Below, in pieces: positions 1 through 11,860 of a stretch of 64,000 nucleotides of DNA; positions within the stretch are counted from its first letter, which is position 1; each line of letters begins with the position of its first letter. Both the position numbers and the translations under genes were made by a program. Location of the stretch: NCBI RefSeq assembly GCF_011386835.1, contig NC_088797.1, positions 110,670,001 through 110,734,000 of the forward strand, written 5' to 3'. The stretch is from Chrysemys picta bellii. Its lineage: Eukaryota. The notes under the pieces were generated by a model. The model had not been told where the DNA came from. It made no database searches and worked only from the letters and a program-made list of their open reading frames with translations.

Positions 1-2035
1 TTGTGAGCTTTCTAAGCTGTCTAATTGAAAATGAAGCACGAGCCATCTCAATTTTGCTGGGACACATGTTCAGCATGTGTCCACGATTACTCATTTCTCC
101 CTAGCAGACAAAACAAGCCTGTTTTTGTATAAAAAAGTGATCATCCCTTTTTCCTTTGCCAGCGTCAGTTTATCATCTGCATTCACCAGCCAAAGCAAAG
201 AAACAGTTAAATTTGATGTAGCCAAGTCAGTGAATAGCAATATACCACCTCTGTCTTCATGTCTCCTTAGAATATCACATCAGTAGCTGAAACTATGGGT
301 TTTAATTACTTGCCATGATTTTTGGTGTACATTAGACTTTTGGGATGACTCATGACCATTAAGGCACCAGAGTTTAACATCTGTAATCTATTCTGCAATG
401 CAACATTTGTAGAGGAATGTATTCAACTTAATAAAGTATCTGAATAAGAAGAGAGACACCTATTTATAACGGATAAGACAAACACTATGTCTCAACTCTT
501 TAGGATATCATTATTAAGAATCACCTGTCAGCCACTGGCAGTAACTTTACTGAACAAGGTGAACTTTGCATCCCAGGTTTGAAGAAAGCTCACATACTAG
601 CCAATGTACTGAAGTAACCAACAAGCTATCAGACTGTAAAGACTAAATGGTGCAAATGTATGATTGACCTCCACAGCCTTTTTACAGTTGCATTACTAAC
701 CACAATATAGCCTGAGTTCTAGTGAGGTAAATTCTACTGTTTGTTGTTAGTTAAAACTGACTCCAGTGAAAATTTGACCTTTTGTAGATGCTTCCAGCTT
801 GCACGCTGTTTCTTGTTAAATTCCTACCATGGAAGTAGGGCTGATTTGATATTCTATGCCCTTTTTAGTTACTTGGAACCAAATTCTGTCCTCAGTTACA
901 CCTGAGCGACTCTTTTGACATCAATGGGGTTGCTAGAGGGTACTTGGTCCTTATTTAAACCTATATATCTCAACTTTAAATGTCCCAATTTGAAATTCTG
1001 CATTTGCAATACCAGAAAGATGTCAAAAAAACAAAAACAAAAAACCCCAAAAACTATACATACACAGAACATGTGCAATAGCAGGAGAGGAGGGAGAGTG
1101 AAGATTTATGGAAAAGGTTGCCGTTTTTTCTATTTAACACTCACCACATATGATGTCATTGCAAACCAATTTGATATTAATTCTGTAATACCCCCCTCAT
1201 TACTAAGAGTAATACTCTGGAAACAAATCTTAAAACAAAGCATTGAAACCTGCCCTATAAAGCGAGGAGTGGTTTTATATATGACTGGTGGTGGATTTAG
1301 GAATTAAATAATTACACAAGAAATTTCTAATTTGACATATTGGTGTTAAATTGAATGCTTTGCTTAATCCCGGTTTTAATAACTCCCTTCCTCCAATGAT
1401 GCCAGTCTGGAAAAATATGAAGAGATGTGACTAGAAGCTGTTCAGCTGATGTCATGGTGAGCACAATCAAATGAGAGAAGATGGGGGCAAGGAGGTGCTG
1501 AGAGAACCAGTCATCCTATAATCTGCTCTGCAGGGTTATACATTTTGAGACAGTTTAGAAACTGAACATAGTTCACCATGTGGCTATTCACCTATTAAAT
1601 AGTGACTTTAAAAGGGAAAATATATAATATAAAAAACAACTTGCTGCCAACTTCAGCTGGAGTTGAAGATGTTATTGCTTTTAACCAATAAAGTAAAAAA
1701 GAGTTGGGATAGGGTTTCATGGGTGACCTCCCTTCTTTCTGTGCTGTGCTGCTGCAGTTGATATATGAAGTCTTTTGAGCTGGGATCCCCCCCTTGGTTT
1801 TAAAGAGAGGTGCTGCTAGCAGAGCATTTTCAATGAAGACACTTCAGTTTTGGAATTCAGACTCTCCCTGAATCATCTCATCTGCCAGAGTTCCAATCTT
1901 TTGATCTCCTAAATGGTTTGCTAAGACTACAGTTTTCCTTTGGTGTTTGGGGAAGGGGTGGCTGATGACCTGGGATGTATCAGAGTGATTATTTTATTAT
2001 GATTTAGTGATGCACTTCATGTGGATGTAAAATTG

Positions 2036-2147
2036 AAGTCCTTGATCCTGTGTTATGATCCATGAGGGCAGACTGCTGTTGAAATAACTGGGCACTGCGT
2101 GCATGCAGCAGTCTGCTTTCATGAGTCACAATACAGGATTGGGGCCT
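2036..2147. mobile_element. Short palindromic MITE (Harbinger/Chompy-like, old)
   Basis: Imperfect inverted arms gatcctgtgttatgatccatgagggcagactgctg / cagcagtctgctttcatgagtcacaatacaggatt; right end ggggcc|tta. Confidence 0.55.
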
Positions 2148-5100
2148 TAATTGGTTGTGTTCATATTAAAAAGAGACCCTATTGTGCAAAGTGCCTACTG
2201 CCCAGGTGAGCATTTTAAAACCTTTAATAAAAAATGTGGCTCAAAGGAGAGAATGTAAACTCACATTTGTAAACACCAGAACCCTATTCTGACTTGGCAC
2301 TTTTATGGAATGCTGATCACTGACCATATCCCTTTTGGACATTGTTTCTGTTCTTGAGAGCATGTAATATTCCAATTTAACCATTTTAGAACAGAATTGT
2401 GTAGTCACTATATATTAATGGCTTCCTTTGTAAGTAAGTGCTGGATTGCATTGTGTGCTATATAGAGAGCAGATGGGAAGTTGCCCCATCTGTAGTTTTT
2501 ATACTCATCACCATGGTAATTGGGCATCTGAAGTGAATTTTGCTCAATTAAAATTAGAGGCCTATATATTGTATATCTTTTTGTGTAATATATTTTTATA
2601 GTTAATGTAAATCCTTATGCAAGAGTATCTTGGTTTGGGCAACCCTTCTTTAAGTATAGCCCGGGCTTAACCCCAATAACGTTTTTAGCAATGCTGAGCA
2701 AGTCTGTACGGACAATGAATAAATTACATCTTTAATGGTAAATGTTGGCCCTTTTTATTCACGAGATGCTGTTTCCACAAATGCTCATATGACTCTTGGC
2801 ACACAGTGATAAATAGTGTGTAATGCTGGTTGAAGATCAGAGGCTAGAACATAGGGAAATAGAATCCTCTGACCGTAAGTCCCATGGGACTATAACAACA
2901 CTTAACTATTCTGACTTCCAGGCAAAGGGTTGAATGACTAAAGGATAATTTTTCAGTCCTGGGAATCAAGCATGTAGCTACAGTAGTTATTAAAAAGGAG
3001 TAATGTTTGACACCACCACCTCTCAGATCTCCCATTTGACTGTAAATGTGTCTTAAAACAGTAGTTATAGCACCAATTAAATTATTGTTAAACTGGAAGT
3101 GGGGGACAGGAATGTTCAAAAACCCTGTCATATAAGTTTTTTATATTCCCATCACTTTCCAGATTTGCTTCCATAATGGGTTAATATTTATTAATTGGTG
3201 AAATAAAACCCCCATAAAGCACAAATTTAAGGATTTCTGTAAGCCAATTAACCAATATGTTAGTGTGTGGAAAAAATACAGTGAATAAACATTAAGCAGT
3301 GATATTATTCCATTTATTTTAGGGTGGAACTAAAACTTTTTTATGCAACCTCATGATCTTCTGGTAAAACTTTTCAGACTTACTCTGTTAAATGTGATGG
3401 TTTTTATGTTGGAAAAAGTAGTCCGCTGGAAAGTTCAAAAATGTCAGTGTTTCCACGTTCAAAAAAGCTCTCCAAGATTCATAATGCATGGTGCCTTTTT
3501 TCTTAGGCCTTTTGGAGTCTGTGACAAAGCTCCAAGCACAAAAAAGCATTTTATTTTATAGTGATGGTGGTTTCGGACTGTTCCTGTGTATTTTAACAAC
3601 TTTTAATATTTCCCAGTTAAAGGTCTGTGTTTACTGGTACAGTTACGAGATCAAATAACCAAATTCAGCTAACAATCACTCCAGAGATCTTGGATCCTTG
3701 GGAAGGATCCTTTCTCTCTCTCTCTATTGAGCCTCCATTTGCTGCTTCCTGCTTTGTAATTCAGAATGGAGAACTTTGACTGGTCAGTGGCTACACATGC
3801 TTAAACAACCTAATTCTTCCAGTCTTTTTTCTTACACTGTTTTGGGGACCTTTTAGTATTTTGCTTCCTTTACACTTTCTGTGACTGTTGCATCCTGGCT
3901 CTCTCGTGGTTGGTATCAAACTGCTTTTTGTTTCTCCTGTTCTGGTTTCAACAATTAGTGTGTAGTTTGCTATAAAATAGTATTGACTATGAAATAGTTT
4001 TATTTTATTGTGTGTTATTTTAGACTGAGCTTGCTTGCCCTCTGGGTTTTCCCAGGGTCCTTCAATTCTAGTAGTTACATGCAAATTAATTTTAATTTTA
4101 TTTCACATTGTCGCTTACTTTGGCCAATGATCTGCTTTTGCATAAACTGTGTGTTTAAGTGTTTGTAAATAAAAACTGAAGTACTTTAAAGTGTGAAACA
4201 GAGCTAATAGCTTCTTGCCCTGCTATCTCTGTGTACTGTTTTAAGGACATTCTGTGATATGAAGAGGTGTTTTGACTAAACTCTTTATCCAGACTTGTAT
4301 GCAGGCCAAAGTAAATGGAATTATTTCAAACAGTCTACTTCAGTATCATGACGTGGCCAGACATCAGATAGATGGAACACTAGAAAGGGCTCTGAAATGG
4401 CAGAAAAGAAACAAAAGGCCAATTCATCTGTGATTAATCATTCTTAAACTAAATACCTCAGACTGACTGTGGTCATAAGCAGTGCCCCTGGAATTCGGCA
4501 GAGCTTCAGAGCCAATTTCTGTGCTGATTTTTAGGGAATTCAACATCACTTCTGCAACGGTGAAAATGTGTTCAGTAGTAGTCTGCAATTTCACATCCGC
4601 AAAATCCAGAGTTGGCTGTCTAATTCCCAGGAGTCCTGGCATTTTCACAGTTCCCTGACCAGGGAATTTAGTTAACCTTTTCAGTAAACTTGGATTTGCT
4701 GCATAGGCAGAAATGAAATAACCACAACACGGTACAGTCCAACAGGATGTTGCTTACAGCCTCATGCTGTTGTTACTCTGCCACTGAAGTGCTGAAAAGA
4801 TTGCAAAGTACTTCACTAGCTCCACACAAAATAGAGCTGGCTTTTGTACCCTAGTGATGGATTCTTTATTCAGAATCTAATCAGATATCAACCAGCCATT
4901 CTTTGTCATGTTAATACTTAGCCTGACAATGGAAAATGACAATGAGATGGGAGATTGCTTTGGAGGGAAAATAGGAGGATTTGAGACTAAGCCTGCTTAA
5001 ATCTATTAAATGTTTTTAGTGAGTTACCAGGGTTGAATGTTTTGTTGGGTTATTTGTAACAGTAAATGTACATCAAAACATACACAAATAAATAGTTACA

Positions 5101-5989
5101 TAGTGCGATACCAGAAACATACTGCAAAATCAGTAACATTATATGTTGGACTAATTAGCTCAGATCACAGGCATCTATTCTTTTTTCTTAATTGAGTATC
5201 ATAGTTTATAGACTGAAATTGTTACCCTCTCATACGATAATCGTGTCTCTCTCTCTCTCAGTGGAGAAAGAAGCAAACTCCAGCATACAATATGTTTGAT
5301 TTCTCATGGGATTGATAAAAGACAAACTAAAATTGACAGGTGCTGTAGCAGTAGAATAAACACTTCTGGTTTGTCCTTCAATGGCAAATTAGATCTCTTC
5401 CAGACTGACTGATTGCCTTCTAATAGTAGCATCAGTTATAATGAATGCAGACAATGTGTAACTACTCTGAGCTCAACCTTTGTTACAGCTGCCACCACTC
5501 TAGAAATCTCTAATATCAAGTTAAGAGAGCAAAGAAGTGTATGTCAGTCCTCCACTTGTGGAATAATAATATGTGGAAATTACATCTTGAAATCACTGTA
5601 CAAACTTGAGCTAAAACCCTCTGTGTGGTAAAGTATATCCAGTTTACAAATGAGGTATTGAACACAAAGTTTGTGATTTGCAGTCATGCAGTGAGCTGGG
5701 GTTAGAATCCAGAAGTCTTGACTCCTGGTCAGCTATCTAAAGACTAAACAACATTTATCTGGACAAGAATATAAGATTCATGTAGTATGATGGGGAAGAG
5801 AGTGGATGGTACTTTTCTTCAGTAGACTTTTCCAGTGATTAGGATACTACTCTACAGTAATATCACCGGCTACATGTCAACATTCACTTCTGTTTAGATC
5901 CCCATAGTTTGAAAGCTGTGTTCTATTTAGTGTTTTTGATTAGGGACTGGCAGTCAAGACTACTCCTGAGTTACATTACTGGTTTTGGC

Positions 5990-6240
5990 ATTGAAACACA
6001 ATGTGGTTTTTGGAAAAATCACTCCATCTGTCTGGCCAAGATTTTCAAAAGTGAGTTTGGATGCCTCAATATTTGGTTGCCCAAACTGTGACACTTAAAA
6101 AGAGCCCAATTTTTAGAATGTATTGCTCAGCATTTTCTGAAAATCAGGCACTTTTAAAAATGTCTCAGGTTGGGCACTTAAAGTCACTAGTCACTTCTGA
6201 ACATTTTGACTCTCATATACTGTAAAATGAGGATGATACC
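5990..6240. mobile_element. Old palindromic DNA-element fragment adjoining a MIR-like core
   Basis: ggccaagattttcaaaagtg ... cacttctgaacattttgac inverted ends, followed by CORE-SINE-like ctgtaaaatgaggatgatacc. Confidence 0.35.
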
Positions 6241-6245
6241 TATTA

Positions 6246-6536
6246 GGCTAGGTCTGTACTACAGACCTATATCGGTATAACTTCGTCACTCAGAGCATGA
6301 AAAATCCACACCTCTGAGCGACGGTTATACTGACCTAGTCCCCGTGTAGACAGTGCTATGTCAACAGGAGCAGCTCTACCATCGACATAGCTAGCGCCTC
6401 TCGGAGAGGTGGATTAACTACGCCAATGGGAGAAGCTCTCCCATCTGCATAAGAGCATCTTCACTTCAGCGCTACAGCAGTGCAGTTGCATTGGTGCAGC
6501 TGCACCAATACAGCATTTTAAGTGTAGACCCTCCCC
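6246..6536. mobile_element. Harbinger-type MITE
   Basis: TIR-like GGCTAGGTCTGTACTA ... AGTGTAGACC, with TTA on both sides (6243-6245, 6537-6539), matching the PIF/Harbinger TWA TSD. Confidence 0.75.
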
Positions 6537-6664
6537 TTAGATAGTTTACAAATTTAATGTCTGTACAGTGCTTTGAAGTTTATCTATTATGACTGCTTTT
6601 GAAAGTAAGTTAAAGAGAGAATTCAAAGTTTTGCTTCCTTTTAAATGGAAATGACATAAGATGG

Positions 6665-7278
6665 CTTCCTGATTCCACTGTAAAAGTTGATTTTTCCTGG
6701 GCATCAGCATATAAGGGACAATTCTCAATTACTGCCAATTACCCACAAGTCAAATCCAGTGTGCTTATGAGTTTTCCACTGCCCAAATAGATCCAGTAGA
6801 TCCTCTATTCAAGGTGTGGGATACTGGTCAGGTCGGGTGGTAGCTATTAACCTCCTAAAGTCCACACACAATCTCCTGATTTTATCCCTTTTAGGTACCA
6901 TCACAATGGGAGATGTACAGGGGCTTTTTGATTTAGTAATCACCATATCCAGAATGTTTCCCATTTCCTCCTGAATTTTCTTCTGCATTTCTCCTTTAGC
7001 ACGATATGCTTGCTAGGAGAAGGGGGAAGCCCCGTAGTTTCAATGGAAAGTACAATCTTGTCAGTTAAACCTGGCTGGTTAGAAAATACCTGCCTGTGGT
7101 GTTGTAAAAGGTCTAACATTTGCTTTTGGGTGGGGTTCACACCCTCCCAGATCTCAATGCTCTCCAGAGGAACTTCTTCCTTATTCTCCCTGACAAAATC
7201 AACTAAGGGGACAGTAAACGTTCCCTCATCAGCGCAACAGATCAGATTCACTGCCATCTTTCTTTCATCTATTGACAT
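6665..7278 (-). pseudogene. Gypsy reverse transcriptase N-terminal part (disrupted)
   Basis: Translations HRQVFSNQPGLT; SPIVMVPKRD; PDQYPTP*IEDLLDL; TLDLTCG..WQ; DAQEKSTFTVESG match conserved Gypsy RT motifs. Confidence 0.85.
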
Positions 7279-7329
7279 ACTATTTGCACAGCTCCCCTGT
7301 CATGGGGTTTCCTTACATAAGTGACCTCA

Positions 7330-8160
7330 TTCTTTCTATCACCTCAGAAGGTTCTTCCCAACACTCTTATATTTTGTTCTTCACTGGAATCAACGCTAAT
7401 ACCAAATCACCTATGCCAAAAGGTCTTTCTTCAGCATACCTATCATAACAAGCTTTTTGAACCACCTGACTCCTTTCAAGGATTTCAAAGGATCCATCAT
7501 AGCCTTTAAATTCTCTTTAAAATGAGTGACATCCTCCCCTACAAGCTGTCCTGTCTCCTCTGTACTAGCCTCCCAAGACCCTTGAGTCAAATCTAGGGGT
7601 CTCCTCACATGTATCCCTTAAGGAGATCAAAGGGGGCACAGCTAGTAGTTCTTTGGGAACACTTCTATGTGTGAATAACAAATAAAGGAGTAACATCCCA
7701 TTCATTCTTTCACTTGGTGACCTTCATCCCAGTCATTCTTTCACCTTCAGCATAGCTTTTGAAGGCCCATTATATCTTTTCACCAGACCATTAGTTTCTG
7801 GGCAATAAGGGGCAGCCTTTATATGCCTCATTCCACACAATTCCCATAACTTTTTGAAAACTGCAGACATGAAATTTGCACCAAAGTCTGACAAGATTTC
7901 TTTGGGGAAACCTACTCTGCTGAAAAAGGTGAATGACAGTAGCCACCATCTCAATTTCTACATTAGGTAGAGCTGTGGCTTCTGGGTAGCTGATGGCCGA
8001 ATCCACCACAACAAGTATATATTTCTTTCCATTCCTGGAAGATTTAGTGAAAGGCCCTACAATACATATATAGATGCTCTGTGAACACCACCTTGATGCT
8101 GGCAATGACTGCAAAGAGACTTGCTGGGTCCCTTTAATCTCTTACACTGCTGACACCCAT
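7330..8160 (-). pseudogene. Gypsy integrase core (disrupted)
   Basis: CQQC; IVGPFTKSSRNGKKYILVVVDSAISYPEA; FSRVGFPKEILSDFGANF; PYCPETNGLVKRYNG are rve/DDE-type motifs. Confidence 0.9.
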
Positions 8161-8162
8161 TT

Positions 8163-8298
8163 TTTTCATGTTCTCTGTGTATTTATATCTTCCTACTGTA
8201 TTTTCCACTGCATGCATCCATTGAAGTGGGTTTTAGCCCACGAAAGCTTATGCCCAAATACATTGGTTAGTCTCTAAGGTGCCACAAGTACTCCTCAT
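8163..8298 (+). mobile_element. Penelope-like element terminal fragment inserted in the Gypsy element, with degenerate hammerhead (8213-8253)
   Basis: Near-identical to 11207-11340; ends ttagtctctaaggtgccacaagtactcct. The hammerhead core reads CCAUUGA instead of CUGAUGA. Confidence 0.85.
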
Positions 8299-8396
8299 CT
8301 CCTTTGGACTCCCACTTAATTTCAGAGCAAACTCTGGCAGAGCAGTGGAATTTTCAAATCCCTCATCTGACAAAGGGCTGTGGGTATTCCCCGTCC

Positions 8397-8807
8397 CTAG
8401 TCCTTCCTGCTGTCCACGGACAAAGCATGTGAGTTAGTGCCATATTCTTTCTGGCTGTGACTAATTATATTAAGTTGGTTAGCCATAGTTAAAGTATTAT
8501 TGCCTATTAAAATATCAGCAGGAAGAGGATTTCTGATGTCCACAATAACATCTCCTTTAAAATCCTCCCACTCAAGGTGGACATTATCCAGTGGTGCAAT
8601 TATAGAAAATTCTGCCAAACTTAATATATTTAAATTCTTACCAGGGAGTTTGTATTCCTCCCTTACCAAATTTTTCTTGACCAAAGTGATTTGGGACACT
8701 GTAAGGGCTGGAGGGACACAATCTATGCCATTTACCTTAGCATTTTTAATACATTCTTCACTATCTTCCCAAGACTCAGTCCTAATATAGTTCACTGGGT
8801 CTTTCAC
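8397..8807 (-). pseudogene. Gypsy aspartic protease (catalytic DTG motif lost)
   Basis: KVNG...SQITLV ... IRNPLPADILIGN, resembling the retropepsin D-I-L-L-G-x-D motif; lies between the zinc knuckle and the integrase. Confidence 0.7.
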
Positions 8808-9129
8808 CTCCCCTTCTGCTGTCTCTGGGTCGATGGTAGGGGCACTTACCTTGGGGATTGTGGATGTGGACTGTGGGATGACTACATTTTGGACAATTTG
8901 GTTTTATGTGCCTGGAAGCCCCACAGTGATGTCAGACTATCTGCCTTTCTTTAGGGCAGAGGGTTTTAAAACCTGGCCTCCGTTGGGTTTTTTTCTGAAA
9001 GTTGGGGTTAGGTTTATTCCCAGACCCCCTCCTCCCTCTTAACCCAGGGGGATGGAGATTTCCCTTCCTCTGAGATTTACATCCTTGTGAGCCCTTGATT
9101 CAATAGTTTCATCAGGAATTGCTGCAGCT

Positions 9130-9480
9130 TCCAAAACTGAAAGTTTTTTTTGTCAAGATGGCTGCCTTCACCTCATCTGTAACTACTCATAACAATTGCT
9201 CCTGGGCCATCAGATCAAACAATTTTTCATAATCACCTTCTGCCCCTACCCCATCATCCATTGTCTGATAAAATTACACATTTTATCATGTATTCAACAT
9301 GAGTGATATTGTTAAGATTTCTATACTTCAATTGATAGGATTCAGGGGTAATCTTAAATCTTTTCAATACATTTTCTTTAAATTTCTTCTTATATACCAT
9401 AGCATCACTCTCCTCCATATCATTAACTGGGAAGGTGACAATAGTTTTTAATCTGGTGAAGAGGATGGGCATCCTCTTAT
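9130..9480 (-). pseudogene. SCAN-like domain of the Gmr1 element
   Basis: FKENVLKRFKITPESYQLKYRNL, then (frameshift) EKLFDLMAQEQLL*VVTDEVKAAI, matching the SCAN PE.YRQRFR and DLLVLEQFL helices. Confidence 0.75.
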
Positions 9481-10142
9481 CTTTTGGAATCTTGTTATCC
9501 CACGCAGTTTCTCACAGTTGGACAGAAACTTTTCTACACAGTCTCTATAAATTTGAGCAGACTGTTTCTCCCACTTCCCAGTGTTGTGCGGGGATGTACT
9601 CACCGGCTGAGGAAACTCCTTTTGCTGCTCCAGTACTTTGAGCAGCAATGTGCGAACTTCCATCTGTTTCCAGTGGGCCCTCTCCTCAGCTTCAGCATTG
9701 GCTTTGGCTGCCACTATATGTTCGATGCGTCTTTGGTGGGCTCTCTCCTCAGCCTGCTTGTTGGCTTTGACTGTTGCTTGGATTGCCTCAGTCTCCCTGA
9801 TCCGCAGCTCCGCCATCATTTTCTAATGCTCATGTTCTTCCTGGGCTGACTGTTGTTGCAAGCAGACCGGTTCCCCTGCAGTGTCTGGGGCCGGAAAGTG
9901 TGTGGATGCCTGGTCAGAACTTATGAGCAAAGCTCTCAGTATCTGATCTGGGGCTCTCTTTTTATGGGTTATTCCCCTCTCCTTACATAACTTTTCAAGG
10001 TCTTTTGTCTCAAGACCATCATATGATTGTGGTCCACTCATTGTGTCTATTCATTTAACCTATTAAAAACTCTCAATATCCAGTTTAAACTTTTAACAGC
10101 GCTGGGTTATGATCTATAAATCCAGCAGACTTGTGGGCATGT

Positions 10143-10162
10143 GAATCCTGCTGAGTATGCCA
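10143..10162 (-). promoter_or_regulatory. Primer-binding site, tRNA-Ser type
   Basis: Minus strand TGGCATACTCAGCAGGATTC, 2 nt after the LTR CA end. It differs from the tRNA-Ser complement TGGCGTAGTCGGCAGGATTC at 3 positions, 2 of them CpG decay. Confidence 0.75.
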
Positions 10163-10164
10163 AA

Positions 10165-10712
10165 TGTCACAGTGTCTGGAATGGCTCATGACAATGATTG
10201 CCAACCTTAGGGCAGACCGTCAAAAAGCAGAGCAGAAACCCCAAACTGGTGGTATGTTCTATAATTAGATTTCCCCAACACAGTTGCAAAGTGTTAACTC
10301 CTAAAGCACTATAACAATCTTACCATTGAGTCACGGACAGTCCCCTTGGGCATTCCAGTCTATCTTGCCACCCAGGCAAGAAGGACTATATTATAGATAG
10401 TCACTTTACACCAAAAATCACAATTTTCAGGTTACACCTAGTCCCAAAGGACCAGTCACTTAACCAAGTGTACTCGCATCTCAAACCAAAGACGAAGCCT
10501 GTAGCCAATCCTGTAACAAACTAACTAGATTTGTTAACTAAGACAAGAAGAATTTACAAGGTTAAAACAGGAAATGTACACACACAAATGAGTTAGTCTT
10601 AGATTTTAAAAGATAATATAAGCTTTTATAATAAGTAGCTCTATACTTCCTTTAGGTCTGATCCATGCCAAGCAGCATGGGGATCTCTTCCTTATATTTA
10701 GGAATTGCCCCT
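10165..10712 (-). mobile_element. 5' LTR of the Gmr1-like element (distal end interrupted)
   Basis: Begins TGTCACA on + (ends TGTGACA on the element strand) directly next to the PBS. The distal boundary is obscured by later insertions. Confidence 0.7.
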
Positions 10713-10714
10713 GA

Positions 10715-10814
10715 GGCTATGTCTACACTACAACTTTACAGCAGCACAGCTGTACTGCTGCTTTCTGTAAAGTGTCCCATTGAATCGCTCTATGCTGACG
10801 GTGTAGACATTGCC
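10715..10814. mobile_element. Short Harbinger-type MITE
   Basis: TIRs GGCTATGTCTACACT ... GGTGTAGACATTGCC; imperfect 3-bp flanks tga/ata. Confidence 0.75.
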
Positions 10815-10817
10815 ATA

Positions 10818-11344
10818 TTCAAATCAGACGTCAAGAATTATAACATTCAAAAACCAGTTGGAGAACACTTCAACCTCCCTGAACACTCAATGACAGACTT
10901 AAAAGTGGCAATTCTTCAACAAAAAACCTTCAAAAACAGACCCCCAACGAGAAACTGGAATTAATTTGCAAACTGGACACCATTAAATTAGGCCTCAAGA
11001 AAGGCTGGGAGTGAATGAGTCACTACAAGAACTAAAAAAAACTAATTTCCCCATGCTAATTTGCCCTACTGTTACTCACACCTTCTTGTTAACTGTTTGA
11101 AATGAGCCACCCTGATTACCACTACAAAAGTGATTTTTCATCCTGTTGATAATAGTCCACTTTAATTGATTTGTCTCGACCCCCCACTAGGTAAGGCAAC
11201 TCCCATCTTTTCATGTACTGCTATATATATCTTCCTACTGTATTTTCCACTCCATGCATCTGATGAAGTGGGTTTTAGGCCACAAAAGCTTATGCCCAAA
11301 TAAATTTGTTAGTCTATACGGTGCCACAAGTACTCCTCATTGTT
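10818..11344 (+). mobile_element. 5'-truncated Penelope-like element (GIY-YIG C-terminus plus terminal repeat with hammerhead)
   Basis: Translation KPVGEHFNLPEHSMTDLKVAILQQKTFKNR is typical of the PLE GIY-YIG endonuclease end; 3' tail matches 8163-8298. Confidence 0.9.
11255..11295 (+). ncRNA. Minimal type I hammerhead ribozyme motif, G12 mutated
   Basis: GCAU CUGAUGA A GUGG..CCAC AAAA GCUUA UGC: CUGAUGA intact, but GAAA reads AAAA (position 11284). Confidence 0.65.
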
Positions 11345-11349
11345 TCCTC

Positions 11350-11860
11350 TTTGTGAGTCAGGATGATCCCTTTTCGTGGCTTGGCCCCCCGGCCAAGTAA
11401 CTATAGTGTTTCCCTTCCGGAGAATCAAAGTCTCACTGGACTGGTTGAGCGGGTATCATTCCTGGCAGTCCTCCAACTCAAAGTTATGCCACTTCCCCAG
11501 TGGCTGGTAGGGGAACCCAAACCCACCCACCCACTATTCTGGGTTCCAGTTCAGAGATACTTAAATCAGCGGCCAATGTCTGTGCTGTCCTAAACCTTGC
11601 TACCGTTTCTTGGAGCCCTTTTCTGCCATATCATCCTTCTGGGTATACCCTTTCTTCAGGGCTGGGATCCCAGGGCTTCTGTTCTTATCCTGGGGCTCCT
11701 TTCCCTCTCTAAGCCACAAGAGTGACTACAGGCTTCCAGAGTGTAGCCACCTTCTGCCCTCATTTCCTGGTGTTATACTAGCCCCACCTGCTCCTGCCCA
11801 GCTGGGCTCCATCCTTAATCAGTGTTTGTCAAGCCTAATTCTCCCTCAGGTGTGAATTAT
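11350..11860. mobile_element. Second LTR fragment (Gypsy-like, different family)
   Basis: Starts TGTGA; GC-richer block with ggggaaccc...ctgggttccag, resembling turtle solo LTRs from memory. No internal domains. Confidence 0.5.

Larger units (their letters stand above)
6660..10164 (-). mobile_element. Decayed Gmr1-like Ty3/Gypsy LTR retrotransposon internal region (gag-SCAN-zinc knuckle-PR-IN-RT), 3'-truncated
   Basis: Minus-strand frameshifted domains in order: gag N-term (9448-10041), SCAN-like (9130-9480), CCHC knuckle (8893-8934), protease (8397-8807), integrase core (7330-8160), RT start (6665-7280). Ends before the YxDD motif. Confidence 0.9.

Noticed and set aside
915-1307. 130-aa ORF
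   Set aside because: Depends on a TTG start and A-rich low-complexity sequence; no recognisable protein similarity.
4405-4433. KRPIHL resembling the arginase KKRPIHLSFDVD motif
   Set aside because: Six-residue match immediately followed by a stop, with no flanking similarity; likely chance.
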